64,000 bases of DNA from an uncultured cyanobacterium (GCA_963803805.1 CAWDOD010000002.1:928001-992000); one strand, 5' to 3'. Numbered from the stretch's first letter, positions 45,022-54,741 are shown. Translations and numbers: made by a program. Notes: generated by a model not told the origin, from the sequence alone.

Positions 45022-46395
45022 ATGGAATCATCCGAGTCTCAAAACTTTTCGCCAGAACAATCTTCTATTGTTCCAGAAATATCTGAACCAGAAGTTTCTG
45101 ATTTTCCTGAAGAATCTTCTTTTTCTAGCAAAATCAAGCAATGGTGGCCTTGGTTATTAGGGTTATTGTTGCTTTTAGGGGGAGGGTTTATTGCTTGGCG
45201 TTTTTTGTTGAATAACAATGCTCCTCCTAACCCCGTTGCTGCTCAACCTCAAGCTACTCCCGTTAAATTGGCTCTAGTAGAAACTAAAACCATTGAAGAA
45301 AGTTCTGAATTTAACGGAACCCTCGAAGCCCAAAAAGGTGTGGTTATTAGGGCAGAATCTACTGGTCGTGTTACGCAAATCTATGGTTCATCAGGGGATA
45401 GAGTAACACCAGGAACTCCTCTTTTACAATTAAAACCTGACCGCTCACGAGCCGAATTAAGTAGCGCGATCGCCAATATAAATGCGACTCGTGCTGCCCG
45501 AAATAATGCTCAAGCACAAATTGCTGCATTGGAAGCCCAAAGAGCTAGCGCTCAAGCAGAGTTAGACTTACAAGATAAAGAGTTAGAGCGTACTTCTTCC
45601 CTGGTTTCTCAAGGAGCCTTAGCAAAACAACAATTAGATATAGTCACTACCAATCGTGCCTCTGCTACTGCTGCTCTTAATGCAGCCGATGAACAAATTA
45701 AAGCCGCTAAAGCAAATTTAGAGCAAGCTAATGCTGATGTGGCCCAGGCTGAGGCTGATGCGGCTGTTGCCCGTGAGGATTTACAAGATACTACAGTAGT
45801 TGCCCCTATTGCTGGAGTGGTAGGAGATATACCAACTAAACTGGGAGATTATGTTAGTGTCGGCGATGAGTTGACTACCATCACCCAAAATGAAAGTTTA
45901 GAGTTGGAAATTGCTGTCCCTATTGAACAAGAAAATCAACTCAAAGTAGGTCTGCCTGTTGAATTAACCACCTCTTCTGAGGATGATTTTCCCATCAGGG
46001 GTCGCCTTAGTTTTATTTCTCCCCAGGCTAGTAGTAATACTCAAGGTGTTTTAGCTAAAGCACGTTTCGACAATGTAGGGGGCGTTTTGCGCGATCAGCA
46101 AAAGGTTCGAGCCAGAATTATTTGGGAGCAACGTATAGGAGTCATTATTCCTACTACCGCAGTTTCTCCCCTCGCTGGACAAGATTTTGTTTTCGTAGCG
46201 GTGGAAGAAAGAAATAAACAAGGGGAGATAGAGTTAATTGCCAAGCAAAAAGCAGTTAAATTAAACAAAAAACAGGCACAAGATAACCAGTACCCCGTAT
46301 TAGAGGGCTTGGCAAAGGGGGAAAGGTTAATTGTTTCAGGACTCCAAAATCTTAGGGATGGCGCTCCTATTAAAGTCCAGTCTACGGATAATTAG
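45022..46395 (+). CDS. RND efflux periplasmic adaptor (MFP) subunit
   Basis: TM, lipoyl half-motifs (GDRV, APIAGVVG), coiled-coil hairpin and GLQNLRDGAPI. Confidence 0.9.
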   Translation: MESSESQNFSPEQSSIVPEISEPEVSDFPEESSFSSKIKQWWPWLLGLLLLLGGGFIAWRFLLNNNAPPNPVAAQPQATPVKLALVETKTIEESSEFNGTLEAQKGVVIRAESTGRVTQIYGSSGDRVTPGTPLLQLKPDRSRAELSSAIANINATRAARNNAQAQIAALEAQRASAQAELDLQDKELERTSSLVSQGALAKQQLDIVTTNRASATAALNAADEQIKAAKANLEQANADVAQAEADAAVAREDLQDTTVVAPIAGVVGDIPTKLGDYVSVGDELTTITQNESLELEIAVPIEQENQLKVGLPVELTTSSEDDFPIRGRLSFISPQASSNTQGVLAKARFDNVGGVLRDQQKVRARIIWEQRIGVIIPTTAVSPLAGQDFVFVAVEERNKQGEIELIAKQKAVKLNKKQAQDNQYPVLEGLAKGERLIVSGLQNLRDGAPIKVQSTDN

Positions 46396-46438
46396 GTGAT
46401 GGGTAATAATAACCTGTGCAAATAAACAGCAATTTGGT

Positions 46439-46813
46439 ATGACATTAAAAGAAATTCATTCTCTTGTTCAACAAGCAGTTTATGCTTGCCAAGAAAGGAA
46501 TGTAGAAGCCTTTACCACTTTATTTGCCCAGGAAGGAGAGTTGATAATTGCTCAACAATCTATCACTGGAAAAGCTGCTATTGGCGAAATTACAGAGGCT
46601 TATTTTCTTAGCTGTGAAGGTATAGAAATTACTGTCAAAGAAATTCTCATAGAAGGCGATTCTCCTACAGAGACGCTTCGCGATCGCGCCATAGTAAAGT
46701 GGTTTTGGGAAGACACCAAAAAAGCTACAGGTAAACGTAAAGGCAACCATAACACCATTAAGATTGAGTTTGAATCTGGTTTAATTGTCCGTTGGCAAGA
46801 GTTCATTACTTAA
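46439..46813 (+). CDS. SnoaL/NTF2-like protein carrying an 8-codon insertion
   Basis: FTTLFAQEG..GKAAI..EGD[SPTETLRD]RAIVKW..GLIVRWQE. Confidence 0.8.
   Translation: MTLKEIHSLVQQAVYACQERNVEAFTTLFAQEGELIIAQQSITGKAAIGEITEAYFLSCEGIEITVKEILIEGDSPTETLRDRAIVKWFWEDTKKATGKRKGNHNTIKIEFESGLIVRWQEFIT
46661..46684. mobile_element. 24-bp small dispersed repeat inserted at a HIP1 site
   Basis: GCGAT-TCTCCTACAGAGACGCTTC-GCGATCGC: GCGAT is duplicated and HIP1 is regenerated. Confidence 0.7.
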
Positions 46814-46887
46814 CTCAATTGCTGGGCTTAGGGTTTTTAATTCCCATGCTATGCTTAGAGCTTTAGAGATAAGATCGAAAATCGGAA

Positions 46888-47517
46888 GTGAATCAACGTC
46901 TCTCCAACCTCCGAGAAAACCATACTCCTGCTGTGTCTGCAACCAACGAATTACTATGGGCTTTAATTGGTTTATTGTTAACCATTGGTGGGACATTAGT
47001 TGAAGCTTTTTTTACTAATATGCCTTGGCAATGGCAAAACCAAGGCATTACAGTTCATTCCCTCAATGTCAGTTTGCAGATGGGGGCTGTATTATTGGTA
47101 GGGTGTTTGGGGGGGAAAAATGCTGGGGCGCTTTCTCAAATTGCTTACATATTTTTAGGTTTAGCTGGCTTACCTGTTTTTACTGGGGGGGGCGGATTAA
47201 AGTATATTCAATCTCCAAGTTTTGGTTACTTACTTGGCTTCATACCAGGTGCTTGGCTGTGCGGTTTTTTTGCTTTTCAAACTAAACCAAAACTAGAATC
47301 TCTTTCTTTTAGTTGCCTGTGTGGTTTAGTTACCATTCATATTTCTGGCTTAACTTATTTAATCGTTTCTTACTTTATTTTACCGATTGAAAGCGGAACA
47401 GTAATGCTTTGGGATGCTATTATGAGTTACTCAATTAATCTTGTGCCAGGACACATTGTTGTTGTTTGTGCGGTAACTGTCATTGCTTTTGTGATGCGCA
47501 AGGTCATGTTTTATTGA
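46888..47517 (+). CDS. bioY: Biotin transporter BioY
   Basis: YIFLGLAGLPVFTGGGG..PSFGYLLGF motif. Confidence 0.92.
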   Translation: MNQRLSNLRENHTPAVSATNELLWALIGLLLTIGGTLVEAFFTNMPWQWQNQGITVHSLNVSLQMGAVLLVGCLGGKNAGALSQIAYIFLGLAGLPVFTGGGGLKYIQSPSFGYLLGFIPGAWLCGFFAFQTKPKLESLSFSCLCGLVTIHISGLTYLIVSYFILPIESGTVMLWDAIMSYSINLVPGHIVVVCAVTVIAFVMRKVMFY

Positions 47518-47541
47518 GTTAATAAGTTATTTTTGTACTAA

Positions 47542-48012
47542 ATGATCAAAAATCTTTACTTCTGGATCACTGCTATTATTGGCTTGGTTTTAGATCAATT
47601 AACGAAGTATATAGTAGTACAGAATTTCGCTGAAATTGGCGACACAGTTCCTTTATTGCCAGGGATATTTCATTTCACTTATGTTACTAATACAGGTGCT
47701 GCTTTTAGCTTATTTAGTCAAGATGGGGGCTGGTTACGCTGGCTTTCTTTATTAGTAAGTATTGGCTTAATCTTATTAGGATTAAGTACGAGGTTAAGGT
47801 TGACTGAGCAGATAGGTTATGGTTGTATTTTAGCAGGAGCTGCTGGCAACGGTATAGACCGATTTTTAGCTGGCTACGTTGTGGATTTTTTTGATTTTAG
47901 ATTAATCCAATTTGCTGTTTTTAATATAGCTGATGTTTTAATTAATCTTGGCTGGATTCTAATTTTAATTACTATTTTTCAAGAAAGCACTCACCATAAA
48001 TATAGAAATTAG
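47542..48012 (+). CDS. lspA: Lipoprotein signal peptidase II
   Basis: DQLTK, NTGAAFS, GNGIDR, VVDF and FNIAD motifs. Confidence 0.96.
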   Translation: MIKNLYFWITAIIGLVLDQLTKYIVVQNFAEIGDTVPLLPGIFHFTYVTNTGAAFSLFSQDGGWLRWLSLLVSIGLILLGLSTRLRLTEQIGYGCILAGAAGNGIDRFLAGYVVDFFDFRLIQFAVFNIADVLINLGWILILITIFQESTHHKYRN

Positions 48013-48136
48013 GGAGTAGCATTAATTAAAAACTCTTAGGGTCAGCCTTCTCACATTTAGTAAATTGAAAATTAATACCATTTCTGAAAAATAACTGGAG
48101 AATTAATCCAGTTTAGAGTCTCCGTGCCGAAAATAG

Positions 48137-49072
48137 ATGAAACAAATTTGGTCAGCTATCAAACCCTACTTGCGCTGGTTCATTTTAGGGGGAACATTAT
48201 TTTTCTTACTCCAAACCTTAAAAGATCGTTGGCGAGAAGTAGCTGAAGTTCGTATTGATGCTAATGGCTGGGCTATTTTAGCTATCGCCTTAGTAGTTAC
48301 TTTGATGGCGCATATTTGGTCAGGTTGGGTTTGGACTTGGATTCTCAAAGCTTTTAAACAACCTGTATCTCAACGTTGGGCTTTGGAAGTTTACCTGAAA
48401 ACTAATATTGCTAAATATTTACCGGGCAATGTTTGGCATTATGCCGGGCGTATCTCGGCTATTACCGAAGCGGGAGGTTCTATAGGGGTAGCAAGTCTTA
48501 GCGTCCTATTAGAACCACTTTTAATGGCAGCCGCAGCTTTACTAATTGCCCTTCTTAGTGGTAGCTTAGGGTTCATTTCCACAGCCCCAAATCCCCTCAT
48601 CCTCGCCCTACAAATTGGTGGTTTAATTGTGGTTTTGTTAGGAATCCACCCCCGGTTTCTCAACCCAGTGATTAAGTTTTTAAACCGTTCAAAAAAGGTG
48701 ACAGAAACTGGTGAAGTGAAACTAGAGCATTATCCTCTGTTACCTTTATTAGGAGAAGTAGGTTTTCTTCTCTGGCGGGGTAGTGGTTTTCTGTTAACTT
48801 TGCTAGTTCTTTTTCCTGTCACCCTTCCCCAAATACCACAACTCCTCAGTTCCTTTAGTTTTGCTTGGTTATTAGGATTAGTTGTACCTGGTGCGCCGGG
48901 AGGTTTAGGCATTTTTGAAGCAACAATTATTGCGCTTCTGGGCAACCAAGTTTCACCCGGTTTAATTTTAACTGTTGTGGCTATATTTCGGATGGTAAGT
49001 ATTTTGGCAGAGTTAGCAGGGGCTGGTTTGGGGGTTTTGAGTGAACGTGCTTTTGCCAAAAGAATCCAGTAA
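48137..49072 (+). CDS. Lysylphosphatidylglycerol synthase TM-domain (UPF0104) protein
   Basis: AKYLPGNVW and PGAPGGLGIFE motifs; multi-TM. Confidence 0.85.
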   Translation: MKQIWSAIKPYLRWFILGGTLFFLLQTLKDRWREVAEVRIDANGWAILAIALVVTLMAHIWSGWVWTWILKAFKQPVSQRWALEVYLKTNIAKYLPGNVWHYAGRISAITEAGGSIGVASLSVLLEPLLMAAAALLIALLSGSLGFISTAPNPLILALQIGGLIVVLLGIHPRFLNPVIKFLNRSKKVTETGEVKLEHYPLLPLLGEVGFLLWRGSGFLLTLLVLFPVTLPQIPQLLSSFSFAWLLGLVVPGAPGGLGIFEATIIALLGNQVSPGLILTVVAIFRMVSILAELAGAGLGVLSERAFAKRIQ

Positions 49073-49176
49073 TTGTATTAGTCGCTGAAAACTATTTCGC
49101 AAATGTTTCCGGAGAGTGAGAATTCTTAATGTTCTCTTTTTTAGCAATTTTAGTTAAGTGTAAGGTTAAGCATATT

Positions 49177-49659
49177 CTAAAAAGCACAATTGCTTGGTAA
49201 TGGTTCGGCACTCGCCAGAGAAGTAGCAAAATCTGTAGGTAAAGTTACCTCAGAAAAACCATCTTGAACCGTTCCTTTTTGGGCCCTTGAACTATAACCG
49301 TCAGGAGACATATGGACTCGGACAATTACCTCTTGTTGGGGTTGAATTGCTACAGTGCCTCCCGTGCGGGTGAATGGTTGTTCTTCTACATGGGAGTGTA
49401 ACAGAACTCGGCGATACAATAGTTGTTCATCAGGGGTAATTACTTCCCACCAGTTAGCATAGCGATCGCATCCACTATCAGGACTACTAACTGTAACGGC
49501 AAAGGTGTAATTATTAGCTTCTCCTGTGGCTTCAACTTTTAAAACCTGAGCAGGATTATTTTGCTCTAAAATGGGTTGGGGTTGGGACACTTGTGACTCA
49601 TTCGTTGTCGAACATCCACCGCAAATTAGGATGAGAGCTAAACTTACAATCTTAGTCAT
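49177..49659 (-). CDS. Hypothetical lipoprotein
   Basis: Lipobox-like ICGGC; SPDSGCDRYANWWEV...RVLLHSHVEEQPFTR. Confidence 0.75.
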   Translation of the reverse strand: MTKIVSLALILICGGCSTTNESQVSQPQPILEQNNPAQVLKVEATGEANNYTFAVTVSSPDSGCDRYANWWEVITPDEQLLYRRVLLHSHVEEQPFTRTGGTVAIQPQQEVIVRVHMSPDGYSSRAQKGTVQDGFSEVTLPTDFATSLASAEPLPSNCAF

Positions 49660-49673
49660 ATTAAATATTTACC

Positions 49674-50489
49674 CTAACTTTTCTCTATTGTGTAATTGCT
49701 ACCTTGATGGGAACGAAAGAGATGGGAATGTTGGGGATGATAAAGCTGCGATCGCACTTTTTGATCAGCTTTTAAGGCAGGACTAATTATATAAAGAGTA
49801 GTACGAATTAAATCTTGTTCTTGAGTAATTTTAGCCATTTCTTCAAGAGTAACCATCAAGACTTTTTCATCAGGCCAACCTATGCGAAAACAGATAGCCA
49901 CTGGGGTATCAGGGGGATAATGCTGAAGTAACTTTTCCTGGGCCGCTTCTACATGACGGGCAGCGAGGTAAAGGCAAAGACTCCCTTGGTGGGCAGCTAA
50001 AGAGGCTAAATCCTCCGACTCTGGTACAGCAGAAGCACGACCGCTAATACGGGTTAAGATAATTGTTTGTACCAAGCCCGGTACTGTCAGTTCCGTTTGT
50101 AGTGTGGCTGCTGCGGCTTGAAAGGCACTGATTCCTGGTACTAATTCAAAAGGGATTCCTGCTTCTTTTAAAGCGTTCATTTGCTCATGAATAGCGCTGT
50201 ACAAACTCAAATCTCCAGAGTGTAAACGTACCACAATGCGATTAGCTTTTACCCTTTCAATCATCAAAGGTAAAATTTCTTCTAAGGTTTTGTTACCAGT
50301 ACGTACTAACTCCGCATCGGGGGGTACATCTTGCCAAATTTGTTGAGGAACTAAAGAATCAGCAACTAAGATTGTATCTGCTTGTTGCAAAATTTTTAGG
50401 GCTTTAACTGTTAGTAAATCTGGATCACCAGGTCCAGCACCAATGATATAAACGGCTGGGGTTAAGGAAGAATAAGAAGATGAAGACAT
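49674..50489 (-). CDS. cobM: Precorrin-4 C11-methyltransferase
   Basis: GAGPGDPDLLT, RLHSGD.SLYSAI.EQ, VPGIS and SQLY motifs. Confidence 0.93.
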   Translation of the reverse strand: MSSSSYSSLTPAVYIIGAGPGDPDLLTVKALKILQQADTILVADSLVPQQIWQDVPPDAELVRTGNKTLEEILPLMIERVKANRIVVRLHSGDLSLYSAIHEQMNALKEAGIPFELVPGISAFQAAAATLQTELTVPGLVQTIILTRISGRASAVPESEDLASLAAHQGSLCLYLAARHVEAAQEKLLQHYPPDTPVAICFRIGWPDEKVLMVTLEEMAKITQEQDLIRTTLYIISPALKADQKVRSQLYHPQHSHLFRSHQGSNYTIEKS

Positions 50490-50589
50490 GAATATAAGTT
50501 AAAAGTTAAAAGTTGTTGGTGGAAGGCGATTTTATCTAGTTTGGTAAACTCTTCCGGATCTGAACCCAAAAGCGAAGTAATAAAGAAGT

Positions 50590-50640
50590 GGTAGATGCAC
50601 CCTGGTTAAGCTCTGGAGTTTTCACTTCAGAGCTTTTTTT
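50590..50640 (+). ncRNA. Putative small RNA, NsiR1-like copy B1
   Basis: GGTAGATGCACCCTGGTT, hairpin AAGCTCTGGAG-TTTTCA-CTTCAGAGCTT and T-tract; TCCGGA centred at about -35. Confidence 0.7.
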
Positions 50641-50738
50641 GTTACTAATTATTCCTCTAATTTCCTAAAGTTAAATAAGAAAAAGAAATATCTGATTACT
50701 TTCCGGATCTGAACCCAAAAGCGAAGTAATAAAGAAGT

Positions 50739-50790
50739 GGTAGATGCACCCTGGTTAAGCTCTGGAGTTTTCACTCCCAGAGCTTTTTTT
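50739..50790 (+). ncRNA. Putative small RNA, NsiR1-like copy B2
   Basis: Same unit as B1; the 3' arm carries an extra C. Confidence 0.7.
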
Positions 50791-50888
50791 GTTGCTAATT
50801 ATTCCTCTAATTTCCTAAAGTTAAATAAGAAAAAGAAATATCTGATTACTTTCCGGATCTGAACCCAAAAGCGAAGTAATAAAGAAGT

Positions 50889-50939
50889 GGTAGATGCACC
50901 CTGGTTAAGCTCTGGAGCGAAAACTCCAGAGCTTTTTTT
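50889..50939 (+). ncRNA. Putative small RNA, NsiR1-like copy B3
   Basis: Same core; perfect hairpin AAGCTCTGGAG-CGAAAA-CTCCAGAGCTT and T-tract. Confidence 0.7.
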
Positions 50940-50973
50940 GGTTTTGGGAATTATTTAAAATTGAGCGATCGCC

Positions 50974-51786
50974 CTAACTCATAGTTGATTTTTTCCGAGT
51001 AGAAATCACATTGGGAAGAGGACGCTTAAAGCCATAGAGCCAAATTAGCCCAGCTACACCGAGGGTAATAGCAATTAAACTAATAACCTGAGCAATGCGT
51101 AAAGGCCCTAACATCAAACTATCTAACCGCAGTGCCTCAATCCAGATACGACCGCTACTATAAGCTATTAAGTAAACTAAAGCTAGGGTTCCTATTTTCA
51201 AAACTTGAGGATGCCTCAAGCCCCAGAAGAAAAGATACATCAGCAGAGAAAAAACAGCGATATTCCAAACCGACTCATAAAGGAAAGTGGGATGAAAGTA
51301 GCCCTCTGCTTGGGGAATATAAAGTTTCCAAGGTAAGTCTGTGGGACTACCATAGGCTTCTGAGTTAAAGAAGTTACCCCAACGCCCAATTGCTTGCCCT
51401 AAAGCCAGGGAAGGAACAGCCAAGTCTGCTAGTTGCCAAACCGAGACTTTATTGATACGGGCGAAAATCAACCCGGCAATAGTGCCTCCCAAAATCGCGC
51501 CATGAATAGCAATACCACCATGCCAAATAGCGAAAATTTCCGTAGGGTTCTGGGCATACTGGGGCCATTGAAATAATACATAATAAAGTCTGGCACAGGG
51601 AATTGCCCCAATAACCAGCCAAATTGCCAAATCAGCCAGCAAATCAGGATTAACTTGGCGGCGTTTAGCTAGATACTGAGAAAGGGCTACCCCAATTAAG
51701 ACAGCACTAGCTATTAGTACACCGTACCAGCGAACAGTAACAGGTCCGATGGTAAAAATTTCTGGCCCAGGAGAAGTAAATTGCAT
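50974..51786 (-). CDS. lgt: Prolipoprotein diacylglyceryl transferase
   Basis: [24 protein letters not shown] and HPTFLYES motifs. Confidence 0.96.
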   Translation of the reverse strand: MQFTSPGPEIFTIGPVTVRWYGVLIASAVLIGVALSQYLAKRRQVNPDLLADLAIWLVIGAIPCARLYYVLFQWPQYAQNPTEIFAIWHGGIAIHGAILGGTIAGLIFARINKVSVWQLADLAVPSLALGQAIGRWGNFFNSEAYGSPTDLPWKLYIPQAEGYFHPTFLYESVWNIAVFSLLMYLFFWGLRHPQVLKIGTLALVYLIAYSSGRIWIEALRLDSLMLGPLRIAQVISLIAITLGVAGLIWLYGFKRPLPNVISTRKKSTMS

Positions 51787-51829
51787 TTTTCAAGCAGGAC
51801 TTTCAATTAGGGACGACTTACTCTACATC

Positions 51830-53137
51830 ATGAAACTTCAGCAAGTTGGATTACTAAAAATACTAGCTAGAGGTACAGGAATTGCCTTAATTGTACAGCT
51901 TTTAAGTGTCGGTATCATCTATATCTCAAGACTATTTCTGGCTCGTTGGCTAGGGTTGGAAGAATACGGAGTTTATGAGTATGCGACAACCTTAAGTCTA
52001 TTTCTCGGCTTCTTGGCTGGTTTAGGATTTCCTAATGCTGTTTTACGGTTAATTTCGGAGTATCTTGTTAAAGAAAATTGGGCGGGGTTACGAGGTTTAA
52101 TTAAAGCCAGTTGGTGGCAAACTTTAGCTGTAGGAATTGCGATCGCAATTTTAGGTACACAGTTAATTTTCTACCTAGATTCTTGGCAAGAATTAGCTCA
52201 TAAAACTGCCTTAATCTTAGGGTTGTGGTCAGTGCCGATTATCGGTTTAATGAAACTGCAAAAGGAGATGTTGCGAGCATTACGTCGTATCGGTTTAGCC
52301 TACTCTCCTCAGCAAATCTTATTACCTTTACTTTTACTAGGAGTAGCTTGGTTTTGGCAACAAAGCGATAATAATTTAACTAGTGAGGTAGTTTTAGTTA
52401 TTTACATACTATCTCTGTTGCTTTTAATTTCCCTACAATTAGCTACTTTTCCTGTAGTTTTCCCCAAGGAAACTTATCAGTTGTCTCCCCGTTATCAGTT
52501 ACGTCATTGGCAGAACATGGCTTTTTCAATGTTTTTAGCTGATAGCTCTTTTATCGTTATGGAATCTAGCGATACTTTAATGTTAGGAAGTTGGTTAGGT
52601 TCTGCTCAAGTTGGTATTTATAGTGCTGCTCTTAAGACTGCTGCTTGGGTCAACTTTATTTTAATTGCAGTTAATGCGATCGCCGCTCCTTTGTTTGCTT
52701 CTCTCTACGCAGAAAAAGATTTTTTAGGATTACAAAAATTAGTCTCTTCTATCGCTAGGTGGATGTTTTTCCCTGCTTTTTTTGTAGCTTGTGGGCTAAT
52801 TTTGGGGGCAGAACCTTTACTAAAACTATTCGGAACAGAATTTATTGCGGCTAAGTGGTCATTAATCGCTTTAACAGGCGGGCAATTAGTTAACGTGGGG
52901 GCAGGTTCAGTTGGCTATCTATTAATGATGAGCGGACATCACAAGCAATGTGCCAAGGTTATGGGCTGGTGTACTGGGGTTAATATAATTCTCAATCTAA
53001 TTGGGATTCCTTTGTTAGGTAGTTTAGGGGCTGCGATCGCTACAGCAGTATCTATGGCTTTGTGGAATATTTGGTTGCACCGTTTGGTGATGAAATATCT
53101 CAATATAAATCCTTCTATTATGGCGGCTTTTAGGTAG
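51830..53137 (+). CDS. Wzx/MOP-family polysaccharide flippase
   Basis: About 12 TMs; LARWLG.EEYG, DTLMLG..VGIYSAA and NLIGIP..G..GAAIAT motifs. Start is likely ATG 51830. Confidence 0.85.
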   Translation: MKLQQVGLLKILARGTGIALIVQLLSVGIIYISRLFLARWLGLEEYGVYEYATTLSLFLGFLAGLGFPNAVLRLISEYLVKENWAGLRGLIKASWWQTLAVGIAIAILGTQLIFYLDSWQELAHKTALILGLWSVPIIGLMKLQKEMLRALRRIGLAYSPQQILLPLLLLGVAWFWQQSDNNLTSEVVLVIYILSLLLLISLQLATFPVVFPKETYQLSPRYQLRHWQNMAFSMFLADSSFIVMESSDTLMLGSWLGSAQVGIYSAALKTAAWVNFILIAVNAIAAPLFASLYAEKDFLGLQKLVSSIARWMFFPAFFVACGLILGAEPLLKLFGTEFIAAKWSLIALTGGQLVNVGAGSVGYLLMMSGHHKQCAKVMGWCTGVNIILNLIGIPLLGSLGAAIATAVSMALWNIWLHRLVMKYLNINPSIMAAFR

Positions 53138-53250
53138 TTGGAGAGGGAAACTTTTCACTTACTTCAGACTCTTCCCAGTAACGCACCAAAAATATAACTA
53201 TAAATAACTAATTATCGCTCCCTCGTAACTACCAATATGGAATGGTTAAC

Positions 53251-53400
53251 GGTGGGTTACGCCTAACAGCTAACGCCACCCTACTTTTTTTCTGTTTTGT
53301 TTTCAGCATTATAACTTTGTTAAATCACCTTAAGTAATAGTAGGGTGTGTTAGGCGCATTAAAATAATTTCAGCATCATTAAATATAAACATATTGCGCC
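53251..53400. repeat. Cluster of REP-like palindromes
   Basis: GGTGGGTTA..TAACGCCACCCTAC (53251-53284) and GTAGGGTGTGTTAGGCGCA...TGCGCC (53340-53400). Confidence 0.6.
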
Positions 53401-53407
53401 CAATGCT

Positions 53408-53701
53408 TTGACAAACATCTTAGCTGAACATTACGACTCTACTAACCTTCCCTTACCAAAGCCAGGATATAGATTAAGGGAATATCAACGCCTAGAAAAG
53501 TCTGCTGATCCGCAATTTCCTGCTGCTAGTACCCATAGCAGAATTGGAGATTGGCAAGTAACGAGGGTGGAAGTATATACTCCAGACATTCCGGCTAGGG
53601 AATTTGAAACTATTGCTATTTGTTATTGCCAATATGTTCCCATAGAAACTTCCTTAGAATCTTTGCCAGAAATTCAAAAGACAGAACAATCAATTTGCTA
53701 A
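53408..53701 (+). CDS. Hypothetical protein, possibly 5'-truncated
   Basis: ILAEHYDS..P.PGYRL..GDWQVTRVE.Y..ICYC. TTG start only, abutting a REP arm. Confidence 0.5.
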   Translation: MTNILAEHYDSTNLPLPKPGYRLREYQRLEKSADPQFPAASTHSRIGDWQVTRVEVYTPDIPAREFETIAICYCQYVPIETSLESLPEIQKTEQSIC

Positions 53702-54730
53702 GTCAGCAATCACTTCTACCAAACCAGCTACAACACGAGTAAACTTAGCAAAGTCAATTTTATCAATGGTATCTTCCCCTGTGTGGTAGTGAGGATAGCG
53801 ATTAAAAGCAGTGTCGGTGATCATTATTCCCTTGTATCCCTGTTGCCAAAAAGACCACTGATCTGAAAAACCAACCCCAGGCATCCAAGCAGGTAAAGAA
53901 GCCCCTTCTGAAGGAAAATCAACATGACGGCGGAAAGAAGCAAGTGATTTTCTTAGCAAGTCTCCAGAATTAAGGTTGCCTACAAAAGCGACAAAATTAC
54001 CTTGTTGAGGATAGATTAAGTTGAGGGGAGGAGGATATTTTTGGCTACCTTCTGCATTGTCAAAATAGCCCATTGTTTCTAAGCTTAACATCGCCACAAT
54101 GTTTTCGTCCTTTTGAGCTAATTCCTGGGCATATACCAAACTCCCCATCTCTTCTTTCCAGAAAAAAGGTGGTTCTTCGTTGACAAACTCCACAAAGCGA
54201 ATTGTCCGCTTAGCGGGTTTCTGGGCGAATATCCGCGCTAATTCTAGGGTTGCTGCGGCCCCGGTGGCATTATCATTAGCACCCGGACTGGTGAAAGCTG
54301 AGTCATAATGACCACCAATCACAACAATCTCCTGGGGTATCTCCGTTCCCAACTTTTCTGCTTCTAGGTTGTAACAAAGTTTGCCCTCAACTTCGTACCC
54401 TTGCAACCTCACTTCATAACCAGCTTGAGTTAAGGCTGTTTCTAAAAAGATTCTCGCTGCATCAAGCTTTGCATATCGTTCAACATTCCTCGCACCAATT
54501 TCCCCAGCCATTTTAGCCACATCTTTTTGTAGGGAGTTTTGCAGGGCTATTTCTTCAGTTTGTAGAGGTGGAAGTTGCCCTTGATAACTTTGTCCCGGCA
54601 TCCGAAACATGGTTAACCATACCCAAAAAGAAAGGATTAGTAAGACAGCACAAAGTATCCCTAAACGCATTAGTGCAGACTTATTGATTAGCTGCAATCT
54701 AAACTTGTGGTTATTTGAAGAACGGCGCAT
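53690..54730 (-). CDS. M28 family metallopeptidase
   Basis: GGHYDS, PGANDNATG, NEEPP, SDQWSF and YHT..D motifs. Start is likely 54730 or later. Confidence 0.9.
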   Translation of the reverse strand: MRRSSNNHKFRLQLINKSALMRLGILCAVLLILSFWVWLTMFRMPGQSYQGQLPPLQTEEIALQNSLQKDVAKMAGEIGARNVERYAKLDAARIFLETALTQAGYEVRLQGYEVEGKLCYNLEAEKLGTEIPQEIVVIGGHYDSAFTSPGANDNATGAAATLELARIFAQKPAKRTIRFVEFVNEEPPFFWKEEMGSLVYAQELAQKDENIVAMLSLETMGYFDNAEGSQKYPPPLNLIYPQQGNFVAFVGNLNSGDLLRKSLASFRRHVDFPSEGASLPAWMPGVGFSDQWSFWQQGYKGIMITDTAFNRYPHYHTGEDTIDKIDFAKFTRVVAGLVEVIADLAN

Positions 54731-54741
54731 AATAATTCGGA

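Larger units (their letters stand above)
50553..50939 (+). repeat. Tandem array of three near-identical units of about 150 bp
   Basis: TCCGGA at 50553, 50702 and 50852 (periods 149 and 150); the inter-unit sequence is also nearly identical. Confidence 0.95.

Noticed and set aside
49108-49113. Isolated intergenic TCCGGA as another sRNA unit
   Set aside because: No GTAGATGCA core at the expected distance on either strand.
50553-50939. CRISPR array interpretation of the 150-bp repeats
   Set aside because: The sequences between conserved blocks are nearly identical rather than unique spacers, the period is too long, and no cas genes are present in the window.
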